A stretch of DNA of 64,000 nt, taken from Zootoca vivipara (lineage: Eukaryota). Positions within the stretch are counted from its first letter, which is position 1. Each line of letters opens with the position of its first letter. The notes below the pieces were generated by a model. That model was not told where the DNA came from. It saw nothing but the letters and a program-made list of their open reading frames with translations, and did not search any database. Positions 13,501 to 24,400 of this stretch are shown one piece after another. The position numbers were made by a program, and so were the translations under genes. The stretch lies in assembly GCF_963506605.1 (NCBI RefSeq), contig NC_083291.1, positions 21,142,001-21,206,000 of the forward strand. The letters are read 5' to 3'.

Positions 13501-15604
13501 AAGGGACAGCGCTTCCTCGGCCGAAGCGGCAGCGGGCGCCGGGGGAAGCCGGCTTTGGCTTGGCGGCGGCGGGAAGAAGAGAAGGAATTCCTCCTCTTTT
13601 TCCTGCCGCCGCCAAGCCAGTCCCCAAGCTGAAGTGCGGCGCGGCGGGGGCTTTTCGCTGTTTGACTTCCCGGAGTGAAGGGGGAGGCAAACGGCGAAAA
13701 GCACCCGCCGCGCCGCACTTCGGCTCGGGGACTGACTTGGCAGCGGCGGGAAGAAGGGGAGGAATTCCTCCCCTTCTTCCCGCCGCCGCCAAGCCAGTCC
13801 CGGCCCGCCGCGCCGCACTTCGGCTCGGGGACTGGCTTGGCAGCGGCGGGAAGAAGGGGAGGAATTCCTCCCCTTCTTCCCACCGCCGCCAAGCCAGTCC
13901 CGGAGCCGAAGTATGGCGTGGCGGGGTTTTTCGCTGTTTGCCTCCCCCTGGGGGGAAGGCAAACGGTGAGAAGCCCCCGCTGCGGGGTTGCCGGCTCTGT
14001 CGGGTGGGGGGGAGGGAGAAGCAGAAGATCTGATCGGTCTTCGGCTTCTCCCTTCCCCTGCCCAACAGAGCCGGCATTTGGCTCTGTCAGGTGGAGGAAG
14101 GGAGAAGCAGAGGATCGGATTGCTTCTCCCTCCCCCCACCCGACAGAGGCGGCAACCCCGGGATCTGTGCTTTCTGTCGGTGGTGGTGGGAGGGGAACGA
14201 ATGGAGAGAAAGGGCTGCTTTCTCTCCGTTCGTTCCTCTCCCCTCACCACCAACAGAAAGGGCTGTCGGTGGCGGAGGGAGAGGAAGGAAGGAGGAGAAA
14301 GGGCTGCTTTCTCCTCCTTTGTTCCTGTCCCTCTGCCGCCGACAGCAAGGACAGGTCCGTGGCGAGGCGGCGGGTGTGTGTGTGTGAGAAGCACTCCTCC
14401 CCCCCGCCGCCTTGGCACGCAGCGCCGGCATGGGACGGAGTTTCGGAGAAGATCTCCGGCCCCCCCCCTCGCCGCGCACCTCCCGCATGAGACGGGGCTT
14501 TGGAGACCTCCGAAGCTCCGTCCCATGCCGGCGCTGCACGAGAGCAGCGTTCTAGCGCCCGTTTCTAAACGGGCTGAATTCCACTAGTAGAATCATAATA
14601 CTGTTGAGTTGGAAGGGGCTCTGTGGTCCATTCACTACTACTACTACTACTACTACTACTAAATTTGTATACTGCCCCATACCTGCAGGACTCAGATGTT
14701 TCACAAGATAAAATTGCAATATAAAAACATAAAATACATAATAAAAATAAAAAAGTGAACCACCCAATAACCCCCTACTCCAACACATTTTAAAAGGGCA
14801 TTGGTCCCAGCCCTTTGCAATTCAATGAATTTGTCAACAAAAGCAACACAGCTCAGGCTTACAACCACACCCACCACCAGTCACAGGAGGAAAAAGGGGA
14901 TGTGGAGGCAAGTGGGAAACGACCAAGTTCAGGCATCAAGTTCTCTAAAAGCTTACAAATGCCCGCTTGGGCGGAAAGTAGTATAATACATGCAACACGT
15001 GGGCGACACACAATGATCTCCAAATCAATTCTACATTATTCATCATACAATGTTTATCAAACTTCTTAGATATATATATTTATGTAAAAGCCACAGAGAC
15101 TTACAAGCTAACAACTCTGAAAACAAACTGTTGATATCTAATTCCAATGCACTTTTCAAATTTTAAACTCCAACTGAATGTCCAATTCTAGTGTGTTTTC
15201 CAAATATTAAACTCAGTCTTTTGGGGGCTGTCACCCTTTGGACGCCCCGACATGCCACCTTTTGGCGTGGCCGGTCCCGCTTCTGCCTGCAACGAACGCC
15301 AAAACCCGGAAGCTCCCAAGCAAGCAGGACGCCGGGAGAGCCGCCCTCCCGCACCGAAGGCGTTTCCGAGGTAAACTGCTCCTGAGCCTGGAAGCCCCAT
15401 TTCCCTGTCAAGACTGACAACAGAAGCCTCTGACAGGATGTCAGGAAGCGGTGTCAAGGAAGCGGCAACACTCCTTTCCACTTCCCCACACGCCCGCCGC
15501 TCCGGCCTGGCCTTACCCTGCTGGGCCCAGCCCCACGCCAGCCCGGTCCCCGTCAGCACCACCAACAGCGGCAAGACCAGCGGCAGCCTCAGCGGCGCCA
15601 CCAT
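787..15604 (-). CDS. SARAF: Store-operated calcium entry-associated regulatory factor (TMEM66), complete, 6 coding exons, 312 aa
   Basis: Exons (minus): 15517-15604, 11277-11455, 9259-9673, 8333-8438, 4016-4140, 787-812; all GT-AG and phase-consistent, 939 nt in total. Signal peptide MVAPLRLPLVLPLLVV; luminal LLREIQALTL..PQLHCTGGSAGC..VVQCYNKGWDGYDVQWECK..VSCEGYDYPDDPYILKGSCGLEY; TM helix; PPPPGFK; GPGFWTGLGAGGLLGY; C-terminus SGFGGTKRR*. Confidence 0.96.
1538..3672 (-). mobile_element. 5'-truncated L2-clade LINE with uninterrupted ORF2 remnant (RT domain) in SARAF intron 5
   Basis: Open frame 1685-~3672 with NYRPVSNLPFLGK, LLDLSAAFDT, GVPQGSVLSP, QYADDTQLY and L2-type LHWLPV. 3' UTR ends in an (ATT)n tail at 1538-1568. 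TSD GAAAATAGAA at 1528-1537 and 3696-3705. Confidence 0.93.
5607..5908 (+). mobile_element. Sauria SINE (lacertid POM/Squam1 type), 3'-truncated
   Basis: tRNA-like head with B box GTTCGAATCC; body CTAGCAGTTCGAAAGCACGTCAAAGTGCAAGTAGAT shared with five other copies in the window. Confidence 0.85.
5997..6590 (-). mobile_element. Possible solo LTR
   Basis: TG..CA ends, near-matching flanks TCCTT/CCCTT, reverse-strand AATAAA (~6082) and TATA-like (~6160); contains an (ACAT)n microsatellite. Confidence 0.3.
8037..8113 (-). mobile_element. RTE/BovB-type 3' end fragment
   Basis: (CAA)n tail on the minus strand next to GTCACGAAGAGTCGGACAC, the BovB-like 3' terminus. Confidence 0.6.
8763..9120 (-). 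mobile_element. Sauria SINE, full length
   Basis: Reverse complement of the POM-type consensus with A/B boxes and an ACCTTT tail. Confidence 0.9.
10379..10597. mobile_element. Tigger/pogo-like MITE
   Basis: TIRs CAGTGGTACCTCGAC / GTCGAGGTACCGCTG, TA TSD. Confidence 0.8.
12012..12348. mobile_element. Tigger/pogo-like MITE with internal tandem repeats
   Basis: TIRs CAGTGGTACCTCGGTTTATGA / TCATAAACCGAGGTTCCACTG, TA TSD; same family as 45031-45447. Confidence 0.85.
12363..12784 (-). mobile_element. Non-autonomous Helitron-like element
   Basis: Minus strand starts TCCTATATAATAATG, ends in hairpin GCCCATT..AATGGGC then CTAG; inserted between A and T with no TSD. Confidence 0.75.
13273..14587 (+). 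mobile_element. Non-autonomous Helitron-like element with GC-rich palindromic internal repeats
   Basis: 5' TCCTATATAATAATG, 3' hairpin GCCCGTTT-CT-AAACGGGC then CTAG, A|T insertion site; termini shared with 12363-12784. Confidence 0.8.
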
Positions 15605-16030
15605 CGCGGCGCCTCCGCCGACGAGTCTTCTTTCTCAGCGACTGTGGCGTCGGAGATCTCGACGTCTGTGATTGGCTCCCTCGCCGGCTCGCGGCTGCTG
15701 CCTTCTTCAAGGATCGAACCTTCTCGACAGCGCAACGGTGTTTTAACCGCCACGCAGTTGGAGGGGGGCGGGAATTTGTCGCTCGCCTTTCGCGACTGGA
15801 GGGTCGTCCGACAAGGCAATGGGATGATTGGCCATTCCGCCCGCCCACCACCACCTCCACCACCTGTCGCCCGGCAATCCTATTCGCTGGCTGGAGAAGC
15901 TCCTCTCCTCTCATTGGCTCTGCTTGCTATAGGAGGCGGGGCAAAGCAAGCAGCAGCCGGGAACCAATGGGCTTGCGCTGGGTGTACATTAAAGTGTAGT
16001 GTCGCTTCCGGTGAGTCAGTGTCAATAAAC
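15605..16030 (-). promoter_or_regulatory. SARAF CpG-island promoter/5' UTR
   Basis: CpG-rich; CCAAT boxes (ATTGG at 15671, 15827, 15913; CCAAT at 15964), GC box ~15764, ETS CTTCCGG ~16006, AP-1 TGAGTCA ~16012. Confidence 0.65.
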
Positions 16031-16068
16031 AAAGGCCGCTTAGGGGGCGATTAATAATACTACAGGGA

Positions 16069-16158
16069 CATAGCTGCCAAGTTTTCACTTTTCTCGCGAG
16101 GAAGCCTATTCAGCATAAGGGAAAATCCCTGTAAAAAAGGGATAACTTGGCAGCTATG
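16069..16158. mobile_element. 90-bp hAT-type MITE
   Basis: TIR CATAGCTGCCAAGTT / AACTTGGCAGCTATG; 8-bp TSD TACAGGGA (16061-16068, 16159-16166). Confidence 0.88.
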
Positions 16159-16605
16159 TACAGGGATCAAACTTGGGTCCCCAACTTTTGTTGGACTACA
16201 ACTCCCACGATCCCTTTCTAGCAGGACCAATCGTCACGGGTGATGATGGGTGTTGTAGTCCATCGACAGCCGGTGACCCAAGTTTGAGGAACACGGGACC
16301 GGACACGGGAAAAGTTCCCCAGTGATAGTGGATTATTATTGTGGTTGTTTGGTGGCAAGCAAGCTGGAGTCTTGTGACACCTTACATTGAGCACAATGTG
16401 GCTTGAGCTGTTGTAGGCAGGGCTATACTTGCGCAAATCCATGCATGAAGCACAACAGATATAATATATGATGCAATATATTACCCAGCCGTGCAATGCA
16501 CTATGATTCAGTTAAGGTTGTGAACAGAGATTTTTTTAAAAAAGAGCCTGACCTGACATTTTAACAGCACCTTGATCTATGGGTAGTGACATTATAGTAA
16601 AAGGT

Positions 16606-16942
16606 AAAGATAAAGGACCCCTGGACGGTGAAGTCCAGTCAAAGGCGACTGGGGTGTGGCGCTCATCTTGCTTCGGACCGACGTTTGTCCACATACAGCT
16701 TTCCGGGTCATGTGGCCAGCATGACTAAACTGCTTCTGGCGCAACGGAAGCCAGGGTGCACAGAAACACCTTTTACCTTCCTGCCACAGTGGTACCTATT
16801 TATCTACTTGCACTGGTGTGCTTTCGAACTGCTAAGTTGGCAGGAGCTGGGACCGTCACCCCATCACACGGATTTGAACCGCTGACCTGATCAGCAAGCC
16901 CAGGAAGCTCAGTGGTTTGGACCACAGCACCACCATCTCCCT
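16606..16942 (-). mobile_element. Sauria SINE
   Basis: Consensus match; flanking duplication TGACATTATAGTAAAAGGT at 16587-16605 and 16955-16973. Confidence 0.85.
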
Positions 16943-18199
16943 TCGACATTTACTTGACATTATAGTAAAAGGTGTTGGCTCCTTTATATTAAGTAATTGC
17001 AACAAAATGATTTTTCCAATGCCATGGATATTTGACCTTTAATTCCCCACTCCCACACACATTCAATTGTATTAATTAATCTGTACTGATTTACAACACT
17101 CTATGCCTTCCAATTGCTTTATAGAGCATACACGATGCCACCTTAAAAAACCCCACAATAATTTTACACATATATTTGTTGAGAGCTGTTGCGAATATCC
17201 TAGGCCAGGGAATCTCTGCATGCCTTCTGGACTTGGTGGATTGATGATTTTCCTTGAATCAAGGTGTGGTTTCAAAAAATAGGCTCAGGCACTGGTACAA
17301 TTTAAATGATTTTATTATTTGCATCTTGTTGCAACACCATTGTACACACAACCATGAAATTAAAAGTTAAGTGTTATACAAACAGTTTTAACTTGGTCTC
17401 ACAGAAAGCTGCTTATACTCTACCACACGAGTAAGAAGAACCAGCGATGTTGAATGGTGATGAAGGGAAGTAATGAGGTTGGAGGAAAAGGGCATAAAAA
17501 GGAGGCAGGACAAAAGGTTGCATGAATTCCATTCCCTTTTGGTGTCTGGGCGGCAGGATTGCATCATTCCCTGCTCTTATGAGAAAGAGCATCATCTCTA
17601 CCTTTCAAACCATAAAGTTGTAGAGCTGGAAGGGATTCCAAGGGTCATCTAGTCCAACCCCCTGCAATGCAGGAATCTCAACTAAATCATGCGCGACAGA
17701 ACAGAATTTCCCATGAGGTTCAAGAGTTGCCCACCTCCAAATACATTCAATCAAAGAAATAAGAATATAAGCAGGCGGGTAACATATTTCATTGTCGGCG
17801 GGGGTGACGGACTTCCAGATTCATGGTCGAAGCCATGTTTTTTTAAGATTACCCCAGGAAAGTAGTGAAAGCTGCCTACGCAATAGGCGAATCTAGAATA
17901 TTAAAGTGTAGTAGGTATTATTGGGCACAAAGAGCCCCCCTCCAAACACCACCAACAACAAAAGGCAGCTGCAAAGACAGGAGTTCACGCTGCTTCCAGC
18001 TCAGTTCTTATTTTACGTGAAAATTAACGCTACTTCAATTCTCTTATCTCTATATTACAAGGTGGATGGGGCTGTATTTGGGAGAGAGTGACTGTCTTCC
18101 GTTAATATTTTAAGGAGGAGATAGAGCTGAAGCTGGTTTAGATTTGAAATCAAAAGCCCCTTCCCCTTCTCTCTTTCATTCTGGCTTTCGTTGGATAAG

Positions 18200-18495
18200 C
18201 CAAGGCGCCGTCCGATCGCATCTTGCGCTAAAATCCCTGTTCCAATAGACGTGTTTTATTTCCGCCCTGGAGGAAGACGCAGGCGAAACGCCCTACAGAA
18301 CCTGGAAGTTGCGCCCTACGTGTCTATCTACCCATTTTTATTTTTTATTTAAGTCTATGGTGCCATCCGGCTTCTGACCGCCCGAAATCCTCCTCTCGTC
18401 TTAAAGAGCGCTCACTTCCGGGTTTTGTCTGGCCGTCTTCCTCCCGCTTTGTGGTTGGCTGGGAGCGGCCTGTGCGCGACAATAACAGCAGCATC
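18200..18495 (+). promoter_or_regulatory. LEPROTL1 CpG-island promoter/5' UTR
   Basis: CpG-rich region with ETS-type CACTTCCGGG at ~18413, just upstream of exon 1. Confidence 0.6.
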
Positions 18496-21400
18496 ATGGC
18501 CGGCATCAAAGGTAGCGCCGCTGTGGCGGTTCCGAGGGGTGGCATGGAAAGGGCCTGGGAGAAAGCTAAAGGCGGGCGGGCGGGGGGGGGTCTTCCGTGC
18601 CCTGTAAAGGAGGACGTCGCCCATCTGCCCTGGCGGTGACGTCTTCTGTCGGGGGGGGAGGGACCGCGTTGTTTCCATGGCAACGTGCGCCTTCCCCGCC
18701 TGTGAGGATGCGCCGCTTGGCTAGAAAAGCGCGCAAACGGAACGAGTGTCTCGATGTCTCTTTCTCTCCTCCCCTCAATACCTGGACCCACATTTCAAGG
18801 CCTGTGTGGGTTTGACGCTCCCCACCCCTCACGTCCGGTTCCGACATCCCTAGGCATGGGCCGGGTCACAAGGCGATCCCAGTGTTGTTGCCGGAAGCAA
18901 GGCCCGCCTCATAGGAGTTTTAACTTTTCGAGTTACCGGTAGCGGGTGTAGGAGATGCTGCTGCAGAGCCTGTGCAGAGATAGTATTCCCCCCACTTTCC
19001 CTAGCGCCAGGTACTGGGACAGAACAGGGAGGGGATGACAACTTAATGTTACTGTTAATTATTAAATCTGGATACTGCCCTTCTCATGCGTAGATATCAG
19101 TACGGTTCACAACATAAAAATGCAATATTAAAAACACATAATAATAATAATAATAATAGCCCTTCTTGTAAGCTCTCCAAAGGTATTCCGATTGTCATGC
19201 AAAATGAAATCTTGGGCTCTGCAAGCCTTTGGGCTGCAACCTGATGCACACTCGTGGCAATGGGCATGGCTAAACTTTGTCAGCCAAGCTTTGCGGTACC
19301 TTAAAATGCAAGAAACATTGTGATCCTGTGGCCTTTCTAGGCAGACGCAATGCCCCGCTGAGTGCAGTGGGGCTGCCAAATACTGTAAGTGTGTGTAAGA
19401 TTGCAGCTACACATTTATTGTGGCATAAACTATGAACCTGATCTCTTCCACAAAAGATCCTGCCACAATGAATTTGTTAGTCTGAGCTGTGAAAGGACTT
19501 TTTGATGGTTTTATTGCATTAGACCAGGCATCCCCAAACTTTGGCCCTCCAGATGTTTTGGACTACAATTCCCATCTTCCCCGACTACTGGTCCTGTTAG
19601 GTAGGGATCATGGGAGTTGTAGGCCAAAACATCTGGAGGGCCGCAGTTTGGGGATGCCTGCATTAGACTATGCAGCTTCTTCTGGAATTCAGCACCATTT
19701 AGCTTGGAAAAATTTGCTGATTAAGAAACACACATAGGTTTACCAATGTTTCTCAGACTTGGATCCCTAGCTGTGGTTAGGGGTGATAGCTAGGGAAGAT
19801 AGGAGTTGCATACAACAACAGCTGGGGACCCACATTTGAGAAGGACTGAATCCATTCCAGTAAGTACACTTGATCGTGCAACCTATTGAGTCTACAGTAA
19901 AAGTTATCAGATGCAAAGGAGGAAGATGAGGCTCCGTGCATTTAAATAACTGTTTATTTCACACATTTCTTATTTGTCTCTCATCTTGAAGTGGTTCGCA
20001 ATGTTAATCTTACACCTTTAAATAGCAATATACATACATACTTGGAGGGAGGCTGGGCTAAGTTTTGTAAATAGGCGAGCATGAATAAAAGAAAGTGGAG
20101 TGGCTTTATGAGAACTCACTGATTCAATCACTGATACTGGGGCAGACAACAGGGAAGTGCTGATACCTTAATACACAAACTTATATAAATTAACACAAAA
20201 GTAAGCCTTTTTGAGTTCAAGAATGAGACTTCATCTTATGTAAGTATATAGGATTTTGCTTTTGCTTTTGCCATGAACTTGCTCGGTATACCTAGGTAAG
20301 CTACTTTGTCTCCGCGTCAGTCCCAGTCTGAAATATGGAAAAATTAATATTCATCTACCTTACAGAGATCTTGTAGGAATGATGGGTGTAATTTTTGCGA
20401 AGTGCTATGAACAGTCAGAAAAGGCCATATAAGACTTTTGCAGTCTTAACAGTTCAGTCAATATCATTTAGTAATTTATTTACTGATGTTCTTCCTTTCC
20501 ATAAAATCAGCAGCAACCCAGCATAAAATTGGGTTCTCACCAGCAGTACTTAAATTCAACAGAACAGTCATGAGATCCCCAATTATCAGCATCAAATTTA
20601 GAAAGTGCAAATACAACTGTTTTTCATCTCACATAATGCATTACTTGTATTATTTTCATAAATAACATTCTACCAGGAGCTGTCAAAGCAGCTCACAGCT
20701 TATATAGATATAATTTTTGGAAAGGGGGCCATTTGCACTATTTAGTAATGCCCCTCTCTTATTTTCCCCCAAGCTGGATTTGCATCTTTGCTGTTGTATG
20801 GTATATTCAAAGTGACTGAATGAGAAGGCTGTAGATGAGAGGAATAGAAGCGGTACTCTGGTCTCCCTTCTGCCTGCAGTTCTTGTTGGTAGAGGGGGGA
20901 AACTGATCAAGTATTTTGGAGGACTGATACAGTTTTATGTCTGTCTTTACAGCTTTGATTAGCCTGTCCTTTGGGGGAGCTGTTGGACTAATGTTCCTGA
21001 TGCTTGGTTGTGCCCTTCCGCAGTACAAGTAATGCATTTTCAAAAGCATATTCTTGTTTGCTGTTGTCTTAGTTTCCTTTTAATTTCTAACTCTCTTTTC
21101 TTACTTCGTAGCTATTGGGTTTAAATAAGCAAACAAAACCAACACCAATCCTGGCAAATCACTAGCACCCCTTTGTTGATACACTCCAGTGATACACTCC
21201 AGTGAGAAAATGAAGCAAGCTATGGTCTTATGTTAAATCAGACAATTAGTCTGTTAAGGCAGTAACATCACATTAGCTGCAAACTCTTTAGCGTTTCAGA
21301 GTGTCTACCAGACCTGTCTGGCGATGCCAGAGATTGAAACCAGGGACTTCTGCCACTGCCCTTCCCAACGTCTGCCAACTGAGCACAGACCCTTCCTAGC

Positions 21401-24400
21401 TATGTGATGAAATTCAAATTGTAATTTGCAGCTACAAAGGTGCTCTGTTCATTATAATCCATACTGGATAGTTCAGGGGCAGCCAATTTGACCCCCAGGC
21501 GCTGCTGGACTATCGCTATCCCATCATTTCTGCCTTTTTGCCATACTGGCTGGAGTTTATGGGAGTTGGAGTCCAACAATATCTGAGGAGCACCACATTG
21601 ACTTATCTCGGAATCGTGTATAGACTTGGAGATAGAAAGCCTCTCAGGTTGTAATCCAAAAAGTTTATTCTTCTGAAGAGTCCTAAAGCAATAAACAGAG
21701 TGGCCTTCACAGCTTCAATCTGCTCTACAATATAGCTTTGGGTAAAGCCTGAACTATAAATTGAAACAAATTGTATGATTTTCTATCCCACTCTCTTCAG
21801 TGCATCAGTTTTGTTACTACAGTTGAATAGTTGCTTATATGCTTAATAAATTTGTTCTTCTTAAGGTGGACATACCAATGTTAAGAGATTATGGGCCATT
21901 CCATTGTCACGGGTGGGACACTTGGACCATGTTTTTTGGTATTCACACATGTGTAAGAATGTAAATATACATAAAAATTAACAACCAAAATTTGAACTAT
22001 GTTCTTAATAAGATACTGAACATTTTACTAATTTTTTATTATTTTTATGGATATTTTTGACAATTTTATTAAATGTTAAAGTATTGTCACGGGTGGGACA
22101 AAAAAAGGACACGGAGCTTGAGATAAGTTTGATTTATGGAAAAACTCTGTGAGTTGGGAGGTGAATCAATTATAAACTCAGCATATCTGTTTAAATCAAT
22201 GTTTATTGGTTACAACTATGCAATCAGAAATTTAGGTTAAGAAATTTAATGATACAAAATTAAGGAAAAAATGCTGTCACGGGTGGGACAATGAAATGTC
22301 ACGGGTGGGACGCGTCTGGCATACACTTGATTTAACATACAATTAAGGTTGTTAAAAATGGAATAATTACAAAAAAACCTTTTGCTATTACTATACTTAC
22401 TATCTACTATAGCCTACAAAGTATAATGTTGTATTTACTAAAATTAAAATCTATTTAAAAAATATTTTCTTCTAGTCCATCTCTGGGCCAATTAACCACT
22501 TTCAAACACATCTACATTTTCAGTAAATTCATAAAAAATGTTCCTTCTGACTCGTTTAACATTAGGTTGGGGTAAGATACTAAGAATATGTTCAAACTGC
22601 ACATATGATATGTCTTTTTCATCAACTTGAAACAGCTTTCCAGAATTGTTAACTGCTCGCATACACATCACCTTGACTTCTCCATCATCTTCAACATTAC
22701 TTTGGCATATTGCAGCATATCTATATTTAGTAGGCCTGGTTCTTTGTCTTTTTGTAGTTGTTTCAAATTCAACTAAAACATATGTCCCAATAGTCACTCC
22801 ATCAACGAACGGCTTCACTCCAACCACCGGCACATCTGTTTCATTTGTACAACTTGCTACACCATCTTGTTTTTCTGTGTCACTATCAGAATCTCTGTAA
22901 ACATCAGAAACTTTTAACTTGAACAGTTCTGTGAAGACTACGTGGGTGGACTTTTGAAAAGAAGGTCCATAAACTAAACTTCTTTTGTCTTTAGCTTTAA
23001 AAAAATGGTTGGACTGCACGTTTGGAATCTTCCTCACCAAAGTCCAGCGCTCATCTAGCATCGCCATATTTGCACTGATATCAGTAGGTGTTAAAAGGAC
23101 AAACTTCACTCTCGGTACTGCTTTTTCAGCACATTTAACAAAATCTGATGCTGAATTGATTACTACTCTCCTTTGTTTCACTGCATTCCAAACTGCTTGC
23201 TTAGTTAATCCACCAATCCCATCCACGGCACCCTTGCCGTGGGATGTAGCAAAAAAAAACCATTCCCCATCAACACCAAAGTCTTCAGGCATAAAACACA
23301 GATTGGACAGTGTGTACTTATTTTTGAACTGACCAGCACACCCATCAGAAAAGATTTTGACCTTTGTCAGTCTGTTAAATTCTTTCTTAAGTTCTTCAAT
23401 TATGGCTTTTAGGCATGCATATACTGAGTATTTGTCGTGGGTTAAGTGATCCGAAACCACGGCAAAAGAACGTACTTTGCCTTGAGTCCAAGCGCAACCA
23501 GTAAATACTGTGATTTGGTTGTGGGTCCAGTGTGCACTTTGGATTTCATCTTGCGATGTTGCCAAATAGTTTTCAGCAAAATCCACTTGAAGAATCACCT
23601 CATCATCAGCTACTGTGTCCTTCATATTTTTGAAAGCTTTAGCTTGTAATCGCTTTACAAAGAAGTGCTTCTTAAATTTACTAAATTGATTTTGTAGCTC
23701 ATTGACAGCTTCTTCTATGGTTCCTTTTGCTTCAAAAACCTTAGGCCGGCTAGAACAGTCATCTTTCCATTGCTTCCAGAAAATCTCAGACGACATGTTT
23801 AAGTCTTCATCAATTAGGGTGTGCAAATTAAGTACACACTTTTTGCATTCACCATTCATGCACTTTTCATTTTCCAAATCACAACAAGTAAGGCTCAAAA
23901 GATCAGAATGTGTGGAAGGAAAAAAAATGTCTTTCCTACTTATGGCTTCAATTAGGAAATTGAAATTAGCGTGGTATTTGCAAACGCAAACATTGTGTGG
24001 CATTTGAGAAGCTAAGTCAATATTTTTAGGCCTCAGTTCATAAAATTTTGATTTGCTGATTTCAACTGTTGGGTTATCAATCTTAAATAAGGCATAGGCC
24101 TCTTGGACTGTCATATTCATATGCCGCTTTTGGATTTTGATTCTTTTTCCACTTGTTGGATCTTTAATAGATTTGACATCCTTAATTCCTGGTGCCTGCC
24201 TGCTAATATCATCTGAATTATAAAACTCATGGACCTTTGCGATATTATCTTGTGAAATAATAGAACTTTTGGTGTTCTGTTTAGGGCTTTTATCAAATAG
24301 TGTTTTTGACGCTTGAGGTGAACTCTCATACACAAGCTTTCGTAACACGGCTATTCTTTTCCGTGGACTTAATGGCAACACTCTTTTAACTTTGGTAACA

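Noticed and set aside
13270-14587. Many long ORFs (up to 418 aa) on both strands
   Set aside because: By-product of GC-rich palindromic repeats in a Helitron-like element; low-complexity Arg/Gly/Pro translations with no domain motifs.
15650-15980. ER-stress elements (ERSE/ERSE-II) in the SARAF promoter
   Set aside because: CCAAT boxes are present but I found no CCACG at the required spacing.
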